64,000 nt of DNA, from the NCBI GenBank assembly GCA_037447435.1, contig JBBIGR010000005.1, positions 32,001 through 96,000 of the forward strand, given 5' to 3'. The DNA is from Fibrobacteria bacterium (lineage in GTDB: Bacteria; Fibrobacterota; Chitinivibrionia; Chitinivibrionales; FEN-1185). Made by a program: the position numbers and the translations under genes. Below the pieces are notes generated by a model. It ran no database searches, was not told where the DNA came from, and saw only the letters and a program-made list of their open reading frames with translations. Numbering within the stretch: the stretch's first letter is position 1; every line of letters starts with the position of its first letter. This document shows positions 1 to 8,992 of this stretch, one piece after another.

Positions 1-47
1 CCAAGCAAGTCAATTTATTGCCTTATTTGGGAAAAATTCTCCGAACA

Positions 48-84
48 GATTAATTTTCAATGGGTGATGCAATGATTTTTAATC
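48..84. promoter_or_regulatory. Tandem 14-bp near-palindromic boxes, putative upstream activator sequence for a sigma54 activator
   Basis: GATTAATTTTCAAT (48-61) and AATGATTTTTAATC (71-84), starts 23 bp apart; same architecture at 2315/2338 and 36233/36256; second box starts 78 bp upstream of the -24 GG. Confidence 0.6.
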
Positions 85-147
85 CGGATGATTTATTTTT
101 GATTGCAAAACCCTTTGTTTTCTTTATAATTTTACTTGCATAATGAA

Positions 148-163
148 TGGCATGGGTTTTGCA
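148..163 (+). promoter_or_regulatory. Sigma54 (RpoN) -24/-12 promoter
   Basis: TGGCAT-GGGTT-TTGCA matches TGGCAC-N5-TTGCW; GG(149-150) and GC(161-162) are 12 bp apart; ~100 bp upstream of the cytochrome gene. Confidence 0.8.
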
Positions 164-263
164 ATATTCATCAACTTGTGATATTTTTAGCATAATATTT
201 CCATTTTTTGTAATTTTGATCTAAAACCTATAAATTTTCATCTACACTATTCAGGAGGCTCTT

Positions 264-1445
264 GTGAAATTTGGAAGAAGAATTGGCTTGTATGTGTTGG
301 TATTCAGCTCTCTATTATTGACCACGACTGGATGCCTGCAGGGACCGACCGGTGCGGCTGGAAAAGATGGAAAAAGCGTTACCGACACTATTTATATCAA
401 AGACACACTGCTGACCAGAGACTCCAGTTTCATTCGCGATTCAATTATGACCATGACCACTTGCTCGCAATGCCATTTCAATAATCAATTGATTGTTTCA
501 AAGCAATATGAATGGGAAATGACCAAGCATGATACCGGAACGACATGGGTCGGCGAAGGTTCCAACGCAGCATGCATAGCCTGTCATAACGGTAATGCTT
601 TTATTTTCAAGCTTTCCTCGGCGGATTCGGCCAATGTAATGGCAAATCCGACAAATGCGAATTGCCGCACGTGCCATAAAATTCATACAAAATACGACAC
701 TACCGATTTCGCACTTGTCGGCGATGAACAACGCGTTGTATCAAAGAATAACAGTAATTTAACATTCCCCGATTACGGCGCAGGAAACCTGTGCGTGAAT
801 TGTCACCAACTCCGTACGAATTTCCTGGAAGACGTCAAGGCGGGAAAAGGAGTCGAGGGAATCAATCCGAACAATTCGATTACTTCGACTGCCGTTATGG
901 TTGGAACGGATTCGGTCAAATTTACGGCCACAGCAAGTCGTGCCAGCATGCATTATGGAGCGCAGGCCGAAATCGTTGCCGGTGCCGGCTTATATCTGCC
1001 GAACGGCGGAGCATCATTGAATCTTCCTTCTGCTCATAGAACAGCCATTGCCGACGGTTGCGTCGATTGCCATATGGGATCAACGAGGGTTCACACCTAT
1101 CAACCTCAGGCATCATCCTGCGCTTCGGCATCCTGCCATCCCAGCTCAATCGTCGGTCCTCGAGGCAAATTCGACATCGACAGCGTACAAACAAAAACAT
1201 TGGTTCTCGCAAAACAAGTCCGCGACTCCTTGGTTTCAAGAAAGATCGCCACCTGGGATACGACTAAAGTCTGGCCCGATCCTACCGGTCTTGGCTTCGG
1301 CGGCAAAGGGAAGACCTTCCCCGTCAGCGTCGTTGGCGCATATCTCAACTTGGGAGTGATTTTATGGGACGGAAGCAAGGGCGTTCATAATCCGAAATTT
1401 GTCAACGGCCTGCTTACCGGTTCCATTGCAGATTTAAAAAAATAA
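264..1445 (+). CDS. Multiheme c-type cytochrome lipoprotein (5 CxxCH + 1 CxxxxCH), probably surface-exposed
   Basis: GTG start with AGGAGG RBS; lipobox TTGC; collagen-like GPTGAAGKDG; CSQCH, CIACH, CRTCH, CVNCH, CVDCH, CASASCH; C-terminal DGSKGVHNP helix region. Confidence 0.88.
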   Translation: MKFGRRIGLYVLVFSSLLLTTTGCLQGPTGAAGKDGKSVTDTIYIKDTLLTRDSSFIRDSIMTMTTCSQCHFNNQLIVSKQYEWEMTKHDTGTTWVGEGSNAACIACHNGNAFIFKLSSADSANVMANPTNANCRTCHKIHTKYDTTDFALVGDEQRVVSKNNSNLTFPDYGAGNLCVNCHQLRTNFLEDVKAGKGVEGINPNNSITSTAVMVGTDSVKFTATASRASMHYGAQAEIVAGAGLYLPNGGASLNLPSAHRTAIADGCVDCHMGSTRVHTYQPQASSCASASCHPSSIVGPRGKFDIDSVQTKTLVLAKQVRDSLVSRKIATWDTTKVWPDPTGLGFGGKGKTFPVSVVGAYLNLGVILWDGSKGVHNPKFVNGLLTGSIADLKK

Positions 1446-1466
1446 CCATCGCGATTGCGAAGTTTT

Positions 1467-1502
1467 AGAGGCTTCCCCGTTTCAGGGGAAGCCTCTTTTT
1501 TT
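1467..1502 (+). terminator. Rho-independent terminator
   Basis: AGAGGCTTCCCC-gtttca-GGGGAAGCCTCT perfect 12-bp stem followed by a T run. Confidence 0.85.
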
Positions 1503-1532
1503 AAAATCCTTATCCGTAAAACTGGGGCAACA

Positions 1533-2315
1533 ATGATCGGTATTTGTCGGATTTGTATTGTTTTCTTTCTTATGTTTTTTTGGGGATGCAAAGGCACACA
1601 AAAAACAAACGACCAAATTGGCAAAGTAAAAAGGGATACCGTCATTAAGGTTTGCCCAATGCAAGCTGGTTCGAATGCAATTTCAGGTGCCGGTTTTTCG
1701 GGCATTGTCAAAGAGATCATTAGTACCGCGGGGTACACGTATGCACTCATTGACACAGGTAAATCCAAAGTATGGGCGGTTGCCCCCGGTGCTGCCGTTA
1801 AGGCCGGAGATACTGTTACCGTTTCCGGCGTCATGCCGATGGAAAATTACAAATCTAAGACATTGAACCGCACCTTCGATTTCGTGTATTTCGCCGGATC
1901 TATTGCCCGAAATGGCGAACAGAGAAAAAGACCGGTTTCGCCTTCCCCGCATTCGACCAATTCGTCGACCATTGTTCCGATGGCAAAGTTGGATTTTTCA
2001 AAGATAAAGAAACCTTTACACGGGGTAACAATCGCGGATATGTATACGCAAAAAGACGCTTTGATAGGAAAAAAAGTCGTTTTTGCCGCCAGGGTTGTCA
2101 AAATTACATATGCTATTTTAGGAAAGAATTGGCTGCATGTGCAGGACGGAACCGGCGATGCGGGCTCAAATGATTTAACGGTAACGACCGTGGACAACAG
2201 TAGTCCCGGCAATACCGTGATCGTTGAGGGTACCCTTGCGAAAGATAAAAAAATCGGCAATGGCGATACGTATGGTGTAATAGTTGAAAATGCAAAACTC
2301 ACAGCAGAGAAATAG
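1533..2315 (+). CDS. NrfJ-like / tandem OB-fold lipoprotein
   Basis: ATG 1533 gives signal peptide with lipobox FWGC; GYTY..VWAVAP..M..Y.SKTLNRTFD.VYF domain plus GKNWLHVQDGTG OB-type domain; paralog at 35122-35931. Confidence 0.65.
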   Translation: MIGICRICIVFFLMFFWGCKGTQKTNDQIGKVKRDTVIKVCPMQAGSNAISGAGFSGIVKEIISTAGYTYALIDTGKSKVWAVAPGAAVKAGDTVTVSGVMPMENYKSKTLNRTFDFVYFAGSIARNGEQRKRPVSPSPHSTNSSTIVPMAKLDFSKIKKPLHGVTIADMYTQKDALIGKKVVFAARVVKITYAILGKNWLHVQDGTGDAGSNDLTVTTVDNSSPGNTVIVEGTLAKDKKIGNGDTYGVIVENAKLTAEK

Positions 2316-2351
2316 ATGGAAATTCATCTTTTGAAAGAATGATGATTCATC
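2315..2351. promoter_or_regulatory. Tandem 14-bp near-palindromic boxes (putative UAS)
   Basis: GATGGAAATTCATC (2315-2328) and AATGATGATTCATC (2338-2351), starts 23 bp apart; second box starts 77 bp upstream of the -24 GG at 2415. Confidence 0.65.
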
Positions 2352-2413
2352 TTGGTTTTGTATAACGAAAGAATAATTCAGCCTTTTTTGATAATTTTAA
2401 GACCATAGCCCCT

Positions 2414-2429
2414 TGGCATAGTTGTTGCA
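2414..2429 (+). promoter_or_regulatory. Sigma54 (RpoN) -24/-12 promoter
   Basis: TGGCAT-AGTTG-TTGCA; GG(2415-2416) and GC(2427-2428) are 12 bp apart; ~85 bp upstream of the porin ATG. Confidence 0.8.
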
Positions 2430-2514
2430 TATATAGTATGATCGAATTAAATTTTATTTATCGCGCTCTGTGCGGCGAATAATTAGCCCTTTAGACCTAT
2501 TCCAGGCATTATTA

Positions 2515-3735
2515 ATGATCAAGTTTATCCATTTTTCCGTTTTGGCGATTTTTATTTTTTTAATCGGAAACGTATACCCAACGTCATTGGATGTTGTTCT
2601 TGACAACTCGTTCAATGCCCGAAAGAACCTTATCGATTCGTCTGCGAAAACGTATACGTATGCTGAAGCGTTAAGCGTCAATCTGCTCAAATTGGGATCA
2701 ACGGATATTTCGTTTTATTCCGACCTTGGGCTTTCGAATACATTTCTCGACACTGCGCATAAACAATTTGACCTCCGTACTTTTTATATAGACGTTCCTG
2801 CATCCGCAAACTTCGATGCGAAAATAGGGCGTCAATTGTTTTGCGACTTGTCGTCAAGAAATGTTTGTCTTGATGGTGCAAAGTTCCAATACGATTTTCC
2901 CCAACAAGCGAAGCTGCATGGTTACGTCGGTGAACCGGTTCCGTCGGTTGATGGAAAATCCTTTGTCAGGCATGATCTGCACCTTCTTCAGGAAGGCTTC
3001 GGAGCCGATGTGGCGCTGGACCGCTCGACATGGATCGGTTTGCAAACCGCCTATCTCCCCGATACCGGCGGAGCAAAAGAAAGAATTCCGGTTTGCGGAT
3101 ATGTGGATTCCCGTCTGTCTAAAAATCTTAATTTGAAAATGAATGCAAATTACGACATGTCGGCAGAGTCAATGGAAGAATATGGCGTTTCGTTAAGCGG
3201 AAGAACATCGGCTCATTTGCAATGGAGAGTTTTTGCGCTCGGCGGAAACCGTGCAATAGATTCTATGAATGCCTATGAAAAGCTTGTGCTTGGAACCTAT
3301 AACGATGTCGGCGTTCAAATCGGCTATAACGACCGAAAGAATTATGTTCGGGGTTACTATTCGTTACGATCATTGGAAAACGGCAGCGATCATTTAGCCG
3401 GTATTGCAGCCTCTTTCTTCGGCGTATTTCTCGATCTCGAAACCGGTAGCGGAATTAGCGGCAATAGCGTCAAGACTTCAGCCGGTTATTGCCGGAATAT
3501 CTTAGAACTGCTTCAAGGCGGCGCTTCGGTTTCGTATTATGTATTCAGTCTGAGCCAAAATCCCTCGCAAGAGCATTCGATAACGACTCGTGCCTATGTG
3601 AACTGGTTAATCCCCACGCTCGGACTTTCGGTATCCCCTGAAATTCAATATTTGTCCAATCAATATTATCATAAAGACATTCGATTCCAAATCAATGCTC
3701 AGTATCAATATCTTTCTTTCTGGAAATCTAAATGA
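2515..3735 (+). CDS. Predicted outer-membrane beta-barrel (porin of a porin-cytochrome complex)
   Basis: Signal peptide from ATG 2515; alternating hydrophobic/aromatic strands (FDAKIGRQ, NYVRGYYSL, RFQINAQYQY); no heme motifs; 4-bp overlap with the decaheme gene. Confidence 0.7.
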   Translation: MIKFIHFSVLAIFIFLIGNVYPTSLDVVLDNSFNARKNLIDSSAKTYTYAEALSVNLLKLGSTDISFYSDLGLSNTFLDTAHKQFDLRTFYIDVPASANFDAKIGRQLFCDLSSRNVCLDGAKFQYDFPQQAKLHGYVGEPVPSVDGKSFVRHDLHLLQEGFGADVALDRSTWIGLQTAYLPDTGGAKERIPVCGYVDSRLSKNLNLKMNANYDMSAESMEEYGVSLSGRTSAHLQWRVFALGGNRAIDSMNAYEKLVLGTYNDVGVQIGYNDRKNYVRGYYSLRSLENGSDHLAGIAASFFGVFLDLETGSGISGNSVKTSAGYCRNILELLQGGASVSYYVFSLSQNPSQEHSITTRAYVNWLIPTLGLSVSPEIQYLSNQYYHKDIRFQINAQYQYLSFWKSK

Positions 3736-4460
3736 GACTAGAACTACTTGCCGTTTTCGCCTTTTTCACGCTCGCTCTCGGTAATTCGGGCCCTCCCGAC
3801 ACGCTTAAGTTTTCCCATAAGTCGCATATACAGGATATCGGCGCGCGGTGCATCGACTGTCATGTTACTTTATCGGATAAAGGCAAGCCGGCCAAAGCAC
3901 CAATTGTTTCGGAAGCGACCTGCAAAAAGTGTCATGACAATAAAACAGCGGACTTTGCATGTAACGTCTGCCATACGAATTCCGGTAATGTGACGCCAGG
4001 AAAGCCGACGTCTCTCGCAACAAGATTCCCGCATGCCAAGCATTTGGATTCTTCGGCGACTTGCACGCCCTGCCATCTGGGAGTTGAATCCGTTGCAATC
4101 GCAGACAAAAAGAATTTTCCGACCATGAAAACCTGTCAAACATGTCACGATGACCGTAAAGCACCTTCTTCGTGTGCTGTTTGTCATATTGATCTTGCGG
4201 CCATAAAACCGGTCACCCACGACGGCCAATGGCTTGAAGTCGGCGGACACGGGTATCAAGCTCGTTTCCCCGGAGCCGAATGTTCAAATTGCCATCAAAC
4301 ATCGTATTGCAATCAATGTCATCAAGGAAATACTCCGGTCAAGATTCATTCACCCGGCTATGAATTTGAGCATGGTCTCGATGTAAAGCAAAAAACTATG
4401 GATTGTACCGTTTGTCACGAAGCGTCAAGCATGTGCCTCCGTTGTCACGGGGGTAAATAA
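3732..4460 (+). CDS. Decaheme periplasmic c-type cytochrome (cytochrome c3/c7-like repeats)
   Basis: Signal peptide; 10 CxxCH in 242 aa (CIDCH, CKKCH, CNVCH, CTPCH, CQTCH, CAVCH, CSNCH, CNQCH, CTVCH, CLRCH); FSHKSH and FPHAKH distal-His motifs. Confidence 0.92.
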   Translation: MRLELLAVFAFFTLALGNSGPPDTLKFSHKSHIQDIGARCIDCHVTLSDKGKPAKAPIVSEATCKKCHDNKTADFACNVCHTNSGNVTPGKPTSLATRFPHAKHLDSSATCTPCHLGVESVAIADKKNFPTMKTCQTCHDDRKAPSSCAVCHIDLAAIKPVTHDGQWLEVGGHGYQARFPGAECSNCHQTSYCNQCHQGNTPVKIHSPGYEFEHGLDVKQKTMDCTVCHEASSMCLRCHGGK

Positions 4461-5353
4461 TGAGCTTTAAAAAAATCATTGTTTTTGTAGGACTCGTTGC
4501 CGCGTTTACAGGCTGTTCCAGCCTCAATGACAACATTGCGGTGGTATCTGCAAATAAATGCAGAGCTTGCCACGCACTTCCTCCCGCCGATCTTGTGCAT
4601 ACTGCCCATGTCGACACAATGCATTACTCGTGCGAAATTTGCCATAAAGGGGCTAGCGACAGCTTACAAACCGTTTCAAAAGGCCACAGTTTAGGAGTCG
4701 TGCAAGTTCATATATCTTCCGCATTCGACCCGAACGGTACGGCCACTTACGACCCCGTAAAAATGACCTGCAACATGATTTATTGCCATGGGAATTTCGT
4801 TGCGGGCAATTTGGGGACCGTCAAAACAACGGACATGGTTACCGGTTGCAGTTTTTGCCATGCGACTCCCCCGGTAGACCGTATGCATTCTGCCCATATA
4901 GATACCATGCATTATGCGTGCGTTTTGTGCCACATAGGCGCCGGAGAGACGCAATTATCGGCTGATGCCAAAAAGCTCCATGTCAATGGTATTGTCGACG
5001 TGCAAATCAAATCATCCTTTGACACAACCGGTAAAGCGTATTACGATAATAGCAAGAAAACATGTAACCTCGTCTATTGCCATGGTGCCGTTGTACCGAA
5101 AGATTCCGGAATTGTCAATATTCAGGACACCGTTACCGGTTGCGGGTTCTGTCATGACCTTAACAAATTAAGACTTGTCGACCATCACGACTCCTTAAAA
5201 TTGCCTATCAAAACTTTTTATAAGTGCGGCCTGTGTCACCCTGGATATGATCTGGCGACAAAAAAAACCAATGACGCCCTTCATATCAATGGCCACATCG
5301 ATGTCGCCGGTTGCGATCAATGCCATGAGTTACGAACATGGATAAGGAAATGA
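4460..5353 (+). CDS. Multiheme cytochrome lipoprotein with Geobacter-type CxxxxCH...CxxCH repeats (7 CxxCH + 2 CxxxxCH)
   Basis: Lipobox FTGC; CNMIYCHG and CNLVYCHG each followed by a CxxCH; HVNG/HING motifs; internal repeats of ~97 aa. Confidence 0.9.
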   Translation: MSFKKIIVFVGLVAAFTGCSSLNDNIAVVSANKCRACHALPPADLVHTAHVDTMHYSCEICHKGASDSLQTVSKGHSLGVVQVHISSAFDPNGTATYDPVKMTCNMIYCHGNFVAGNLGTVKTTDMVTGCSFCHATPPVDRMHSAHIDTMHYACVLCHIGAGETQLSADAKKLHVNGIVDVQIKSSFDTTGKAYYDNSKKTCNLVYCHGAVVPKDSGIVNIQDTVTGCGFCHDLNKLRLVDHHDSLKLPIKTFYKCGLCHPGYDLATKKTNDALHINGHIDVAGCDQCHELRTWIRK

Positions 5354-5354
5354 A

Positions 5355-8150
5355 GTGCCTGGAACAATCGAGGATTCAATTGTTTCTATGAAATCGATTG
5401 GATCCGGGCGCGAACGATTGAACCCTGTTCACAATGTTTTCCTTATTGTCACTTTTATTTTCTTAAGTGCAAACGCCCGGTTCGTCGATAGTCCCGCCAC
5501 ATGCCTTGAGTGCCATAAAGACAATACCCTTGTTTCCGAAAAAAAACCGAAAAAGTCATTGTTTGTCGATAAAAGCATTTTAGAAAATTCGATCCATGCG
5601 AAACTGAATTGCGTCGATTGTCATGTTGATGCCGATGTTGAAGACTTTCCCCATCCATCGCTTAAAGCCGCAAAATGCGACAAATGCCATTCGGTCGAAG
5701 TCAACGACTATTCCTTAAGCCGTCACCAAAATGCCGTAAACAAAAACAACCCCAAAGGTCCGGGCTGTTCCACCTGCCACGGGACGCACGATATTCTGTC
5801 CAATAAAGATTTAAATTCCCCCACGTATGTCCTAAACATCAATCAATCTTGTCTTAAATGTCATGGCGATAAAACAAAGCCGTCTTCGGAACAGGAAGAT
5901 TTTTCCGACCGAATTCATGGAAAAGGTGAAAAACAACACTTAAAAGTTACCGCCGTGTGCACGAATTGCCACAACAGCCATGATGTGCTCCGCCATACCG
6001 ATAGAAATTCGCCTACCAGCCGTGGGAAGCTCGTTTCGACCTGTTCCGTTTGCCATGCCCAAATAGAAGATTTACATAAAAAAATCGTATCGGTTGGAAA
6101 TACGATGTCCGGCTCGCCCAAGCTCCCCGAGTGCGGCGGTTGTCATGCGCTCCATGCCAAACGGAAAGTCTTTCCCGACGAAACATTCTCCGACGACTAT
6201 TGTCTGAATTGTCATAGTACGGCAAACAACAAAAGTCATATGATACAAGACAATTTGCGGGTAAACATGTCGGAAATAGACAGTTCCGCCCACAAAAACC
6301 TGCATTGCATCGAATGTCATTCGAACGTCGCTAAAAACCACGATCCCGTATGCGAAAAAAGCGGTAAAGTAAACTGTGCGACTTGTCATTCGAAAGTCGT
6401 TTCCGTCTATAATACCAGTATTCACGGCGTTCTGCACGCAAACGGTGAAAATGCTGCCCCGGTTTGTACCGATTGTCATGGGACGCATGCGACCAGGAGC
6501 AAAAACGATCCTGCATCTCCGGTCTCGCGATTGAATGAAATTATGCTATGCGGTCAATGTCACAAGGAAGGCGGAAAGGCGGAAGTGCGCAATCCGCAAA
6601 CAAACGGATTGTGGGAAAAATATACCCGCAGTATTCATGGGCAAGGTGCCATTAACAGCGGCCTGGTCGTCACCGCGGTCTGCACCGATTGTCATTCGAC
6701 GCATGGCGAACGCAAAGCAAGCGACACCCTATCAACCGTCAACAGAACCAAGATCGTTAAAACATGCGCTCGTTGTCATCAGGGAATTTATGAAAAATTT
6801 TCAGCCAGCGTTCATAGTCCGCTTATTACCAAAACAACGAAAACGCTTCCGGTTTGTTCCGATTGCCATCCGCTGCACAATATTTCCCGGGTTACCGACG
6901 ATGCATTTCGCCAACAAATTTTGGCGCAATGCGGAAAATGTCATATTGACGTATCTGAAACTTATTTTGAAACGTATCATGGTAAAAAATCCCGGCTCGG
7001 GTCTAATCATGCGGCGAAATGTTCGGATTGTCATGGATCGCATACCATATTTGCCCTTTCCGACCAACGATCGACACTTTCCAAAGCGAACATTGTCGCG
7101 ACGTGTAAGAAATGCCATCCTGGTTCAAACAAAGGGTTCACCGGGTATTTGCCGCATGCCACGTATCAGGATAAACACAAGTATCCGGTTCTTTTTTATT
7201 CCTTTTGGAGCATGAGCGCATTGCTTTTTGGGACATTCGGCTTTTTCGGGCTTCACACCATTTTATGGATTCCACGGTCCATTCGGGAACGTTTAAAACG
7301 TCGTCCGAACAGTATCGAATTGAATGGAAAATGGGTTAAACGATTCCCCGCATATTACCGGGTTTTGCATGTTTTTGTCATAATTTCATTTTTAGGGTTG
7401 GCATTGACCGGTATGGCATTGAAATTTTCCGATCAGAATTGGGCAATCGCGATTTCCCGATTCCTGGGAGGTATATATGTAAACGGGTTTATTCACCGCC
7501 TTTGTGCGATTATCACCTTCGGTTATTTCAGCGCGCATCTTATTGAACTTTTTGTTCGAATGAAACGGGAAAAACAAAAATTCGTCGACTTTGTTTTTCT
7601 CAAAGACAGCATGATCCCGACCTGGCGCGATGCGAAAGAATTTTGGCAAAGTATTTTGTGGTTTACAGGTTTTGGGCCCCGACCGGCGTACGGCAGGTGG
7701 ACGTATTGGGAAAAATTCGACTATTTCGCCGTATTTTGGGGCGTTATGATTATAGGTTCGACAGGTCTTATGTTATGGTTCCCGGAATTTTTTACCCGGT
7801 TCTTACCCGGATGGTTTATTAACATTGCCACTATCATTCATAGTGACGAAGCGCTTCTTGCCGTCGGCTTTATTTTCACCATACATTTTTTCAATACGCA
7901 TTTCAGACCCGATAAATTTCCAATGGATATGGTGATTTTTACCGGTCGAGTTCCCTTCGAGGTTTTTTCTGAAGAACGGCCTCGAGAACTTGAAGAATTA
8001 AAATCACAAAACCGACTTGATAGCATGTTTATGGAGCCCCCCTCAAAAAAATTAATTCTCATTGCGCGTGTTTTTGGAATATCGGCTTTAGTCACAGGAT
8101 TACTGCTTGCCGGTTTGATTATTTGGACTATGGTGTCGAAACTTTTTTAA
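5355..8150 (+). CDS. CbcL-like inner-membrane quinol oxidoreductase: 19-heme c domain fused to a cytochrome b (FdnI/HydC-type) membrane domain
   Basis: 19 CxxCH motifs, then membrane helices with [54 protein letters not shown]; start may be ATG 5388. Confidence 0.9.
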   Translation: MPGTIEDSIVSMKSIGSGRERLNPVHNVFLIVTFIFLSANARFVDSPATCLECHKDNTLVSEKKPKKSLFVDKSILENSIHAKLNCVDCHVDADVEDFPHPSLKAAKCDKCHSVEVNDYSLSRHQNAVNKNNPKGPGCSTCHGTHDILSNKDLNSPTYVLNINQSCLKCHGDKTKPSSEQEDFSDRIHGKGEKQHLKVTAVCTNCHNSHDVLRHTDRNSPTSRGKLVSTCSVCHAQIEDLHKKIVSVGNTMSGSPKLPECGGCHALHAKRKVFPDETFSDDYCLNCHSTANNKSHMIQDNLRVNMSEIDSSAHKNLHCIECHSNVAKNHDPVCEKSGKVNCATCHSKVVSVYNTSIHGVLHANGENAAPVCTDCHGTHATRSKNDPASPVSRLNEIMLCGQCHKEGGKAEVRNPQTNGLWEKYTRSIHGQGAINSGLVVTAVCTDCHSTHGERKASDTLSTVNRTKIVKTCARCHQGIYEKFSASVHSPLITKTTKTLPVCSDCHPLHNISRVTDDAFRQQILAQCGKCHIDVSETYFETYHGKKSRLGSNHAAKCSDCHGSHTIFALSDQRSTLSKANIVATCKKCHPGSNKGFTGYLPHATYQDKHKYPVLFYSFWSMSALLFGTFGFFGLHTILWIPRSIRERLKRRPNSIELNGKWVKRFPAYYRVLHVFVIISFLGLALTGMALKFSDQNWAIAISRFLGGIYVNGFIHRLCAIITFGYFSAHLIELFVRMKREKQKFVDFVFLKDSMIPTWRDAKEFWQSILWFTGFGPRPAYGRWTYWEKFDYFAVFWGVMIIGSTGLMLWFPEFFTRFLPGWFINIATIIHSDEALLAVGFIFTIHFFNTHFRPDKFPMDMVIFTGRVPFEVFSEERPRELEELKSQNRLDSMFMEPPSKKLILIARVFGISALVTGLLLAGLIIWTMVSKLF

Positions 8151-8321
8151 ATCATGGATAAAACGTCTTGCGATGGAATCGGGTATAAAACATATTGATC
8201 AAATCCGGGCCAAGGTAAAATATTGATACCTATATTCACGTATTCAGTTTGCTCATTATGATAAAAATTGCTGCAAACTGCATACATACATTAATTTCTT
8301 CATTTTTGCAGGAGGATGTGT

Positions 8322-8870
8322 ATGCGTTTATTGACTAGTGTCTTGGTTCTTTTTATGGCCGGCAGTCTTTTTGCCGATTCAAACTATATCGGTGCCGACA
8401 AATGCGCCAAGATGTGCCATAAAAGCAAGGCTAAGGGTGATCAGCTTTCGATATGGAAAGAAAGCAACCATGCCAAAGCTTACAGTGTTTTGGCAACTCC
8501 TGCAGCTCTTGAGACTGCAAAAAAGGTCGGTTTGACAGGCGATCCTCAGAAATCAGACAAATGTCTTAAATGTCACGTGACTGCATTCGGTGTCGATGCG
8601 TCTCGTTTGGATTCGACCTATAGCAAAGAAGAAGGTATTAGTTGTGAAGCATGCCACGGAGCCGGAAGCGGCTATGCAAAACTCAAGATCATGAAAGACA
8701 AGAAAGCTGCGATTGCTGCCGGCCTTGCCATTCCTGATGAAAAAACATGTGTAAAATGTCATAATACCGATTCACCGAATTATAAGAAATTTAATTTTGC
8801 AGAAATGGTAAAGAAGATTGCTCATCCTACGCCGAAGCAAGCTGAAACTAAAGAAGGCGAAGCAAAGTAA
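8322..8870 (+). CDS. Tetraheme cytochrome c554-family periplasmic protein
   Basis: GGAGG RBS; signal peptide; YIGADKCAKMCH (CxxxCH), W..SNHAKAY, CLKCH, GISCEACHGAGS, CVKCH. Confidence 0.88.
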   Translation: MRLLTSVLVLFMAGSLFADSNYIGADKCAKMCHKSKAKGDQLSIWKESNHAKAYSVLATPAALETAKKVGLTGDPQKSDKCLKCHVTAFGVDASRLDSTYSKEEGISCEACHGAGSGYAKLKIMKDKKAAIAAGLAIPDEKTCVKCHNTDSPNYKKFNFAEMVKKIAHPTPKQAETKEGEAK

Positions 8871-8898
8871 TTTGGACCTGTTTTAAAAAGTTTTTTAT

Positions 8899-8926
8899 GT
8901 AAGGGCGATTCATGAATCGCCCTTAC
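8899..8926. repeat. Perfect 28-bp palindrome, REP-like extragenic element or terminator
   Basis: GTAAGGGCGATTCA|TGAATCGCCCTTAC is an exact inverted repeat in the gap between the c554 gene and resB. Confidence 0.7.
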
Positions 8927-8992
8927 TGCATCAAAATGGTTGTAAATTTGATTTTGACGAGCCGCGATCATAGAGGGAAAGGCATTATATAA

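Noticed and set aside
264..1445. OmcS-type polymerising nanowire or NrfA nitrite reductase
   Set aside because: It has a lipoprotein anchor and no CxxCK motif; I see no recognisable OmcS similarity beyond heme number.
6535..7215. Long alternative-frame or antisense ORFs (e.g. 6535-7215, 14286-15008, 18211-18789, 32546-33151, 23888-24328)
   Set aside because: They overlap better-supported genes and show no motifs; treated as shadow ORFs.
8172..8210. Degenerate boxes GATGGAATCGGGTA / GATCAAATCCGGGC upstream of the c554 gene (similar half-sites near 19961-19986)
   Set aside because: Spacing is 25 rather than 23, right halves match poorly and no sigma54 promoter follows.
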